Shown here: positions 41,694 to 49,678 of the stretch, one piece after another | Numbering within the stretch: the first letter of the stretch is position 1 | Layout of the letters: each line of letters opens with the position of its first letter | Source: a virus | Lineage: Duplodnaviria > Caudoviricetes | Length of the DNA: 64,000 bases | Strand: one strand, 5' to 3' | IMG/VR virus record: IMGVR_UViG_3300028797_000124 | Coordinates: 53,791 to 117,790 of that record | Position numbers and translations under genes: made by a program | The notes under the pieces: model-generated | Told to the model about the DNA's origin: nothing | Databases searched by the model: none | The model's input: only the letters and a program-made list of their open reading frames with translations

Positions 41694-44096
41694 ATGGCTG
41701 AAAATAATAACATGATAAATCATTCAGCAACAGCGGCGGTTAGCGATGCGACCGCCGCAGCCAATGCTGCAGCAAATATGAACGATAGTTCTGTTGAATC
41801 TGCCGCAAAGGATGCAACTGCTGGTGTTGAGATGCCTAAAGGTGTAAACGAAGAAGCAGATCTTAAGATTGAAGCACCGAAGAAAAATGAAGTAATCGAT
41901 ACGATCAATAATGCTCCAGATCTTGTGACCGCAACCGAGTCTGTTGCAGCAATGTATTGTATACCTTCATCTTGCATAGTTGAAGATCCTTTTACAGACA
42001 GAATGGCTGTAAAGAACGGAACAATCGTTGTTCCTTCAAATTCAACAGCAAAGCCTTCCGAGAACGGAAAGGTTATCATTCAATCCATCGGCGCTCTTCT
42101 CGACTACATCTCCCAGAGAGCTGATGATAAGCTCGACAAGTTCCAGGCTGATAATATCAGAGATGGAATCAACAAAGAAAAGGTTGCTGATATGACCAAT
42201 CCTTCAAAGGGTAAAGTTGTAGCAACTCAGTTCGATGCCAACGGAGATCCTGTAGTAGTATATGACTCCGGTCTTGCTGATATGGCAAATACTAAGGAAG
42301 CCCAGGAAACATTCGACGCTATGAAGAATGGTGGAGACGTTCCTGAATATAAGGGTGGTACTGAAGATTATTCTTACTTCACTAAGGAAGAAGAAGATAT
42401 CACGGGAGGTCAGGATATCTCCGGTGGTGATTCAGGTGTGGATGTTACAAGTGGAAATGAAGCTCCATCTGCTGCAGGTTCTGGTCCGGAAACCGATATC
42501 GCAACCAACGATTCTACCACTGAAACCAATGTAAGTGAGAGCCTTCATGAAGAAGGATATCTCCTTGATGCAATCGGACAGCGTGGAAACACACGCCATC
42601 TCGGTTATGATATCATGATGGAACAAGGTTTCAACTTCGTTAAACCTGTTGATTTCTTTGTGGAGTCTGCTACAAAGAAAAAGAATCGCCAGATAACTGC
42701 TGTTGGCATCGAACACATGAAGTTTGATAATACAAAACTTCTTAAGGCTATAAAGCTTCTTAATGATGCAAGAAAAGAACAGACTGGCGGTAAGGGTAAG
42801 ATCAATCTTGAAACATTAATCAACAATCCTAAATATCAGGAAGCTATCGATTGCCTCAACGACCAGTTCAATGCTCGTCTGAATATCCGCTTCATCAAGA
42901 CTCAGGATAAGATAAACCGCGAGTTCACTTCGGTATATAATGATATCAAGACACATCTCACGATATCCAAGTCCAAGGGATTCCAGCTTGGTGGTCTTCC
43001 TATAGATATCTTCGTTACAAATACTGCACTCGATGAAGATGCTCCCGATGATATATCACTCTTTGGTCAGCACGTTATCAGTGTATTCTGTCATGAGATA
43101 TTCCACAATATCATGGCTGTTCTTAAGAGCAAGGAATCTCAGTTCACAGCATCTCTCGTTGAAACATTGACACTTGCACAGAACATCCCATCTGCTTCTA
43201 ATCGTCGTAAGCTTATTTGCAACTACGTAAATACTCTCGACGATTTCGGCGGCTTAAAGATGAACGTGTTCACTAAGAGAGCACTTGTAAAGCACCTCAC
43301 ATATCTCTCAACAATCTGTCATGATGAACAGGCCGTTGCTGAATATGAGAAGGCTGTCAGAAGCAAGAAGGTTGAAGGTATCGATGAGCAGATCAAGAAG
43401 ATGGAAAAGAGAGTTCGTAAACTCAAGTTCCATACTTATGGTCCAACAAGATACTTCATACCTGCAGCAATGACTATTGGTACTATTATCGGTATGGCTT
43501 CTGCAGAAGCAGCATTCCCAATGTTCGCAGTATTATTCGGATTTTCATTCGGTACTCTCTGGGGAACTGCGATCGGTCATGCTGTTCAAATCGATACAAT
43601 CAACAAGATCAAGAATGGTACTATCAAAAACTATGAAGAGCACTGGTGTGATATGTTTGCTGCCTGCTACAATCTGCCTGTTACATTCTTCATGGTTGGT
43701 AAACCAAGAAGCGGCGCTGCTAATGATTATGCTGTCGAAACACTGAAGCGTTACGATGAGCTTGAGCGTGAAGCAATGCAGCTTATGATGATCAAGTATC
43801 CTACCATCACTGAACGCAATCAGTCCGCTGTCAAGTATGCTAAGAAAGTACTTGATTCCAAGGTTAAACTTGATCCTTCTATCAAGAAATACATGGAGTG
43901 GATAGTTGCAAATTATTCCAAGACTCTTGATGTTGATATCGACGAGAACTATTCCAAGGGAACATTCGATCCTAAGACTGCTGAAGATCTGGATAAACAC
44001 ATCGAGAAGCTGATCGGTTCTGCGAATATCAATGTTACAGAATCCGATATCTCTTGGCTTGATGATCTCGTAGATGATACCGAATACTACTATTGA
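41694..44096 (+). CDS. Virion-associated zincin metalloprotease with transmembrane segments
   Basis: FCHEIFHN (HExxH) plus downstream EEHWCDMFA; two hydrophobic helices; acidic N-terminal region ending near FFVE-S. Confidence 0.65.
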   Translation: MAENNNMINHSATAAVSDATAAANAAANMNDSSVESAAKDATAGVEMPKGVNEEADLKIEAPKKNEVIDTINNAPDLVTATESVAAMYCIPSSCIVEDPFTDRMAVKNGTIVVPSNSTAKPSENGKVIIQSIGALLDYISQRADDKLDKFQADNIRDGINKEKVADMTNPSKGKVVATQFDANGDPVVVYDSGLADMANTKEAQETFDAMKNGGDVPEYKGGTEDYSYFTKEEEDITGGQDISGGDSGVDVTSGNEAPSAAGSGPETDIATNDSTTETNVSESLHEEGYLLDAIGQRGNTRHLGYDIMMEQGFNFVKPVDFFVESATKKKNRQITAVGIEHMKFDNTKLLKAIKLLNDARKEQTGGKGKINLETLINNPKYQEAIDCLNDQFNARLNIRFIKTQDKINREFTSVYNDIKTHLTISKSKGFQLGGLPIDIFVTNTALDEDAPDDISLFGQHVISVFCHEIFHNIMAVLKSKESQFTASLVETLTLAQNIPSASNRRKLICNYVNTLDDFGGLKMNVFTKRALVKHLTYLSTICHDEQAVAEYEKAVRSKKVEGIDEQIKKMEKRVRKLKFHTYGPTRYFIPAAMTIGTIIGMASAEAAFPMFAVLFGFSFGTLWGTAIGHAVQIDTINKIKNGTIKNYEEHWCDMFAACYNLPVTFFMVGKPRSGAANDYAVETLKRYDELEREAMQLMMIKYPTITERNQSAVKYAKKVLDSKVKLDPSIKKYMEWIVANYSKTLDVDIDENYSKGTFDPKTAEDLDKHIEKLIGSANINVTESDISWLDDLVDDTEYYY

Positions 44097-44112
44097 GAAA
44101 GGAATGAAAATA

Positions 44113-45363
44113 ATGAGTAAATATTCACTTCAGACGGAGTGCCTCGAGAACATCGAGGCATACTCCGATGAACAGTTTGCAGCTGAAATGACTGTTATCG
44201 AATCCGCTATGGCGATATTCGACAAAGCAATTCTTATGATGGAACTTTCCAACAGCGACATTGATCTCCCGGATTGTTCTCTGTTTATGGAATCAACTTT
44301 CTTCCAAGAAGAGGAAACAACCACACCTCAACAGGATGCTGGACAACCCGAGGGAGCACCTGCACCTGCACCTGCGGCAACAAACAGTGCGGGCAATAAT
44401 AATGCCAATGCAAACAAAGCAGCAAATACTAACAACAAGAATGCCAAAGTAACCGATAATCCCGATGAATACAATAAAGATCATCACTTCAGAAAAGCAA
44501 ATAAAGAAGGTAAACTTGAAAATATCTTCATCTCAATCCTTCTTTTCATACCACGTCTTATCACTCTTCCAATCAAACTGATTGTGAATGCTATAAAGAA
44601 TAATAAGAGTGGTGATGCTGCCAAGAAGGCTGAATCTGCAACACCTGAAGAAAAGAAGAAAGCTACCGAAAATATCAAAGCTGAAGGTGGTCAAAACGGT
44701 GTTACTGTTGATGAAAACGGCAAACTAACAGCCAGTGAGAAAAATGCCAAAGGTGAAACAATAACAGTATCATATGATCCAAACACCGGAGAACTCACAT
44801 TGCCTCAAGAAGATATCGGAAAAACGATGACCGCTGTCGTCGATGACGCTGAAAAACTTGCAAATGGTGATCTCACTTCTGCACAGGCAATACTCGCGGC
44901 ACCGGAACAGACAAACGCGGCTCCCACTCAACCACAATATCAGACCGTAAAGGCTGTAAACTGGGATCAGCAACGTGAGGCTTTCTTGAAAGAAGCTAAC
45001 AAATACAGAGCGTCTCTTGAGCAGGCAATGAACAAGGTTAAGGTGACAATCGACAATCTGAGCAAGAATAATGCTGCGGGAGTTGATGTTAGAAAACCTC
45101 TTGCTGCAAGAAGAGCTGATATCAAGGTTCTCAAAGGACATATCAAGTCTCTTGATGACATGCTCAAAGAATTTGAAACCAAACGTAAGTTGAATGATAA
45201 AATCCTGACAGATTTTAATGCTAAACTTGATATAATCAGACAGAATTCCGTTAATGATATGAACGATGCGAGTGCAAAGGCAACTCAGAACAGTGCTCAG
45301 CTTGCACAGAATAATGCCGAAGCACTTTCTAATCAACCGCTTTCTGGAGGTTATGTTGTATAA
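44113..45363 (+). CDS. Putative internal head protein (paralog of 9694..10707)
   Basis: FME-S and FFQE-E sites; ENIFISILLFIPRLI block. Confidence 0.5.
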   Translation: MSKYSLQTECLENIEAYSDEQFAAEMTVIESAMAIFDKAILMMELSNSDIDLPDCSLFMESTFFQEEETTTPQQDAGQPEGAPAPAPAATNSAGNNNANANKAANTNNKNAKVTDNPDEYNKDHHFRKANKEGKLENIFISILLFIPRLITLPIKLIVNAIKNNKSGDAAKKAESATPEEKKKATENIKAEGGQNGVTVDENGKLTASEKNAKGETITVSYDPNTGELTLPQEDIGKTMTAVVDDAEKLANGDLTSAQAILAAPEQTNAAPTQPQYQTVKAVNWDQQREAFLKEANKYRASLEQAMNKVKVTIDNLSKNNAAGVDVRKPLAARRADIKVLKGHIKSLDDMLKEFETKRKLNDKILTDFNAKLDIIRQNSVNDMNDASAKATQNSAQLAQNNAEALSNQPLSGGYVV

Positions 45364-45381
45364 GAAAGGAGGGTAATCCAA

Positions 45382-45507
45382 ATGGATGACAAGAACAAAA
45401 CAACAACCCAGCCAACACCTGATGAGAACGGTAACGTAGTTGGTGAAGCTACATTCGAAGAGTGTTCTAACGGTCGTGGTGAGAACGAAGACGAAGAAGA
45501 TCTCTAA
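45382..45507 (+). CDS. 41-aa acidic peptide upstream of the endolysin
   Basis: Not in the ORF track; strong GAAAGGAGG RBS; MDDKNKTTTQPTPDENGNVVGEATFEECSNGRGENEDEEDL. Confidence 0.55.
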   Translation: MDDKNKTTTQPTPDENGNVVGEATFEECSNGRGENEDEEDL

Positions 45508-45528
45508 TAGTGAAAGGAGGAAAACCGT

Positions 45529-46854
45529 ATGGCTTTCACTAATTCCTCATTGGTTACTTACACAAGAATATCTCCTAATAGAAATTCTCCGCGTAATCAG
45601 CCAATATCAAAAATAACAATTCATCACCAAGCGGGTGTCAACAGTGTCGAAGGTTTCGGAAACATTGTCGCATCTCCTGCGAGAGGAATGTCTGCAAACT
45701 ATGCGATCGGCAATGATGGCCGTATAGGTCTGTATTGTCCTGAGTGCGATAGATCATGGTGTTCCTCTTCACCGTGGAATGATAACCGTGCAATCACCAT
45801 TGAAGTTTCAAACTCGGCATATGGTGATGATACAGGTTGGCCTGTATCGGCTGCGGCTTATGCTTCATTGATCAAGCTGTGTGTTGATATCTGTAAGAGA
45901 AACGGAATCCCTAAGCTGGTATTCACCGGTGATAAAGAAGGTTCTCTCACATTCCACTACATGTTTGCAGCAACGGCTTGTCCAGGTCCCTGGATTAAGG
46001 CACGTGCTCAGGAAATATGTGATAAGGTAAATGCTCAGCTCGGTGATGTTAAACCCACTCCGGAACCTCAGGCTGGTTTGTATACAGTTGACCTCAAAGC
46101 CAACGACAACATCTATGATGCTGCTGGTGGTAAGAAGGTTGGTTCAATCAACATGTCGACTAAGTATACGATCGTTGAGGACAAGAAGGTTGGATACATA
46201 ACCTACGGCAAACTGAAGAGTGGTGCAGGTTGGGTAATCGTTAAAGATGAAACTCCTGTTAAACCAGCACCCACACCAACACCTTCCACATTCAAGACTG
46301 GCGATTTGGTAAAGATCACTGGTACGAAATACTACAACGGCATATCAATCCCAAGTTGGGTAGCTGCTGAGAACTGGTACATTTCTTCCATCAGCGGAGA
46401 TAGAGCAGTGCTTGGCCAGAATGAGGCTAAGAACAGAAACATCCAGTCTCCTATAAATACTAAGGATATTGCGATGGTAACTGCTAAGGTCAATACCTAT
46501 ACCAAATCTCTGAAGTCCACAGATCTGTTGTATTCTTCCGCAGGCGGTAGAATAATCGGCACGGTTGGTGCAACTGGCGTGTTCACAATCGTTGAGGATA
46601 AGACTATAAACGGTGTCGTTTATGGTAAGCTGAAGAGCGGTGCTGGATGGGTTGTATGTTACAACAACTCAACCATCAAGGTTGGTGACTGGGTAAAGGT
46701 TATCAACCCGATCATCTACGGTACAACAAGAAAGTTCACAGTATTCGTTGATAAGTACAAGGTGCTTGAAGTGAATGGTGACAGACTTGTTATATCTTCC
46801 GATGGTAAGAACGTAACGACCGCAATTGCAAAGATCAATGTGCAAAAAATATAA
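45529..46854 (+). CDS. N-acetylmuramoyl-L-alanine amidase endolysin with repeated cell-wall-binding domains
   Basis: KITIHHQAG, SANY, AITIEVSN, LTFH..FAATACPG (Amidase_2); two YGKLKSGAGWV repeats and SH3-like modules. Confidence 0.85.
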   Translation: MAFTNSSLVTYTRISPNRNSPRNQPISKITIHHQAGVNSVEGFGNIVASPARGMSANYAIGNDGRIGLYCPECDRSWCSSSPWNDNRAITIEVSNSAYGDDTGWPVSAAAYASLIKLCVDICKRNGIPKLVFTGDKEGSLTFHYMFAATACPGPWIKARAQEICDKVNAQLGDVKPTPEPQAGLYTVDLKANDNIYDAAGGKKVGSINMSTKYTIVEDKKVGYITYGKLKSGAGWVIVKDETPVKPAPTPTPSTFKTGDLVKITGTKYYNGISIPSWVAAENWYISSISGDRAVLGQNEAKNRNIQSPINTKDIAMVTAKVNTYTKSLKSTDLLYSSAGGRIIGTVGATGVFTIVEDKTINGVVYGKLKSGAGWVVCYNNSTIKVGDWVKVINPIIYGTTRKFTVFVDKYKVLEVNGDRLVISSDGKNVTTAIAKINVQKI

Positions 46855-46863
46855 AAAGATATT

Positions 46864-46884
46864 CCGGGGGCAGTGTGCCCCCGG
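46864..46884. terminator. Terminator hairpin between the endolysin and array B
   Basis: CCGGGGGCA-gtg-TGCCCCCGG with T-rich flanks on both strands. Confidence 0.7.
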
Positions 46885-46929
46885 TTTATCCTTTGTTATT
46901 GGTGTTTCGATGTCAGTACGAAGCATCAC

Positions 46930-47742
46930 ATATCATGACCACGCCTTCGCCTTAATCAACGTGACAACAGTCGACTATGCTTTACCCTAACTTATATCAA
47001 CCGCTGCGACATGACACATTACCAGCCGACACTTTACCTCTACAGGACGCGACCGCACCCCGCGAAACGGGACCGCACCGTGACAGAACTTCGCCATACG
47101 GACCATCACCCTGCCTACACGATATACAATCGAACCCTACCGACCCAAACCTCGACAAGACTTTACGAAAGAACACTTGACTTTACTTTACCTTACCATC
47201 ACTTCAAGGCACACCCCACACAAGATATTACCGTACCGCTACCCTGCTCTACGCCGCATGACAATACGTGGCTGCACCAATACCAACACCTTACTACTCC
47301 TGACGATACAGGACCGAAACTATACGCTCTGTAACCACGTCTAACCGGACCATAACTTCACCCTACTGGACTTAACGGCCTTGCACTGAACGGCACAGTA
47401 CCTCCACCTTACGCGACGGTACGCGACGAACCTTTACCAAAACCGAATCAGCACCGTACCTGACCGTTCATAACCAGTCTACACCATTACCAAACAATAC
47501 CATTACCAAACAGCATGAAACATAACCTCACCTCACCAATACTGTGCATTACCATACGCTCAATATAATACATAATTATACCGTTGCTTTATACCGCAAC
47601 ACGTCACCTCACCCATGCGTGACAAAATATAACAGTAATACACACTACAATACCATCACGAGAGCTTATAGTACGAGACCTCTCAGCACCAGAACCATGC
47701 AAAACCCTACTCGACCTGGCTGAACCTAAACTTTACTTTACA
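46930..47742 (-). ncRNA. 5-nt-periodic array B (GY-NNN on minus strand), candidate guide-RNA array
   Basis: Plus strand parses as NNN-RC pentamers, e.g. cgctac cctgc tctac gccgc atgac aatac gtggc tgcac (47237-47277); C/A-rich; no credible ORF; bounded by hairpins. Strand and RNA status are inferred. Confidence 0.6.
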
Positions 47743-47766
47743 TCATTCTTTCGAATAAACAAATGC

Positions 47767-47784
47767 GGGGGTCATTCGACCCCC
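47767..47784 (-). terminator. Hairpin after the Cas7-like/HNH pair
   Basis: GGGGGTC-attc-GACCCCC. Confidence 0.6.
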
Positions 47785-47813
47785 ACGATAAATAGGAAGT
47801 TAGCCATGAATAC

Positions 47814-48245
47814 TCATAACAATTTATACCAATATAAATTGCTAACACGAAGGTCCGTGTAATCTTCATTTCTAAAACGAGCAACATACTTTCCTTCGGT
47901 TGGCATTGGCCTAAAGGTTGTCAATATAAGCTGAGCGGCATCAAGTTTCATTTTTCTGGAACAAGATATCTTGAGCTTACCATCCCATTCCTGTGGCTTT
48001 ACTATTGTTCCAGACACACGGATCTGACCGTCTGTGGAGCATTCAATATATGGATAGTTTGGATGAACTCTCCACTCAAAGTAATCGAGTGTTTTGCCGA
48101 TAATGTCGCAGTATACCTGGGCATTGTCGTCATTCAGGCACATGTCCAGAATATCAGATTTTGATATGTTGTTTTTGACAATGAATCTCGAAAGCTTTTT
48201 AAGTTTCCTTTTGAGTTTCTCTTCTGATTCTGGGATCATACTCAT
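47814..48245 (-). CDS. Degenerate NUMOD4/HNH-like protein
   Basis: EWRVHPNYPYIECSTDGQIR (NUMOD4-like) and ARFRNEDYTDLRVSNLYW (HNH-like, His residues absent); TAATG overlap with the upstream gene. Confidence 0.55.
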   Translation of the reverse strand: MSMIPESEEKLKRKLKKLSRFIVKNNISKSDILDMCLNDDNAQVYCDIIGKTLDYFEWRVHPNYPYIECSTDGQIRVSGTIVKPQEWDGKLKISCSRKMKLDAAQLILTTFRPMPTEGKYVARFRNEDYTDLRVSNLYWYKLL

Positions 48246-49036
48246 TACTCAAAATCCTCCTCAATCTCTCCAATTTCTTCATGATTTATATAATCACAAA
48301 GAGCATCGTTGAAATCAGCATCCTTCGTAGTAACGCCGAGGATAGTTTTGGTGTTTCCACCAATGATCTCACCATCATCGGAAAACTCTTCCCAAAGGAA
48401 TGTTCCCTTTTTGCCGGATCCACGCCACTGGCCAGTACCACTGAATCTTCCCATATTGAGAGCTTCTTCAATCGGGTATCTATATTCAGAATTTGACATA
48501 AGTATTGTGAACCTTGTCCTCGTTCTGGGTGGACATGTAATCGAGGATGCGAGAGCTATTCTCTCACCCTGTTGGGTATTTGCTCTGAGTGGGCGCTGTA
48601 ACATACCTGTCGATTCTCCCTTAGGGAGCACAAGTATTGAGAATTTGTTCGCAAATGCGATACCGTTATCGAGTCTCTTTTTATAATTTGTGAGTGCACC
48701 AGAAGCAGTTTTCTTGTTGTCCAGTTTGAGAAATCCAATTTTCTCCTTCATAAACCCGAGCCATGTGTGGTTCGAAAGTGCAGGTTTTCCGTCAACTGTG
48801 AGGAACTTAGTTGTTCCATTCTCGAGAACTTGTTCTGCACCAAGTGCAGAGATTTCATCAGCCATGTCTGCATCCGTCGCCTTATCTGCAACATACTTGC
48901 TATAAACATCAGCATTTCCCGGGCACGATCCAAGAATCTCCGACGTGAAGATGATTCTGATATTCATCTTCTCAACGAATCCTCCAAATGTTGCTGATGT
49001 GACAACTGTATCCGCCTTTTTAGTTTTAGCAGCCAT
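48245..49036 (-). CDS. Stand-alone Cas7/RAMP-fold-like protein
   Basis: beta1 NIRIIFTSEILG; DGKPALSNHTWLGFMK (cf. G.P.IPGSSLKG); ITCPPRTRTRFTI (cf. E.VP.G..F.F.I); C-terminal G-rich loop EALNMGRFSGTGQWRGSGKKGTF. Confidence 0.65.
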   Translation of the reverse strand: MAAKTKKADTVVTSATFGGFVEKMNIRIIFTSEILGSCPGNADVYSKYVADKATDADMADEISALGAEQVLENGTTKFLTVDGKPALSNHTWLGFMKEKIGFLKLDNKKTASGALTNYKKRLDNGIAFANKFSILVLPKGESTGMLQRPLRANTQQGERIALASSITCPPRTRTRFTILMSNSEYRYPIEEALNMGRFSGTGQWRGSGKKGTFLWEEFSDDGEIIGGNTKTILGVTTKDADFNDALCDYINHEEIGEIEEDFE

Positions 49037-49119
49037 AATATGACCCTTTCTACCCTTTTCCCTGGGTGCAAGGAATTTTGAATTTTACCACAGATACCAA
49101 AAGATATTTGATTCTATAG

Positions 49120-49134
49120 CATATTAATAATATA
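49120..49134 (-). promoter_or_regulatory. Putative phage early promoter TATATTATTAATATG for the Cas7-like gene
   Basis: Exact 15-mer also at 52771-52785 (-) and 62254-62268 (+), each just downstream of a terminator-like hairpin. Confidence 0.6.
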
Positions 49135-49161
49135 ATTATCAAAAAAGAAAATAATAGGAAT

Positions 49162-49188
49162 TTATCAGGGGCATAAAGCCCCTGATAA
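49162..49188 (-). terminator. Terminator at the 3' end of array A
   Basis: TTATCAGGGGC-ataaa-GCCCCTGATAA followed on the minus strand by a T-rich tract. Confidence 0.75.
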
Positions 49189-49206
49189 TTCTTTACTATC
49201 CTATAG

Positions 49207-49630
49207 CTCACCGGACCATAACCTTACACACCTCAACACAAGTCCACTTGAATCTACGTTACCGGGACTAAGCAAGATTACGCAGAAGAGTACCATGACA
49301 TTGCCCTACATTACCTGACCATACCACCACCTCACATGACATTACGCGACCTTACCATGGCATTACCCTACGTTCCTTGACCAAACCATTGCTGAACATA
49401 TCTTACCCACACTAAACCGACACAATGCCTCACCATGCACCCCGTCACGTCACCAGCACTATACTGCACCGAACGATGCGCGACCTCACTCCACCAACAC
49501 CATACCCTTACCTCTCGACATACCACGAAACGTATCCTTACCAATGCTTTAACAGCACTTAACAGTACTTAACAACACCGAAGCCGGACACGACATTGCG
49601 TTACGTAACCATTACAATACGAGACTTACG
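49207..49630 (-). ncRNA. 5-nt-periodic array A (GY-NNN on minus strand) with 31-nt units, candidate guide-RNA array
   Basis: Units start at 49263, 49294, 49325, 49356, 49387 and 49418 (31-nt spacing), each one hexamer plus five pentamers mostly ending in AC/GC, e.g. caccac ctcac atgac attac gcgac cttac. Confidence 0.65.
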
Positions 49631-49678
49631 ATCTGGGAACTTAATCCCAACTTGGCTCAATGGTTGCTATATGCATTC

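Noticed and set aside
46977-47334. ORFs 46977..47180 and 47011..47334 in the track
   Set aside because: No RBS; T/P/H/R-rich composition is a by-product of the C/A-rich pentamer array; period 5 is inconsistent with codon structure
46930-49630. Canonical CRISPR array
   Set aside because: No identical 23-47-nt direct repeats separated by spacers; conservation is limited to 2 of every 5 nt
46930-49630. Diversity-generating retroelement TR/VR pair
   Set aside because: No reverse transcriptase in the window, and the two arrays are not colinear copies differing only at adenines
49207-49630. Simple microsatellite
   Set aside because: Triplets between the conserved dinucleotides are highly diverse and there is a regular 31-nt superstructure
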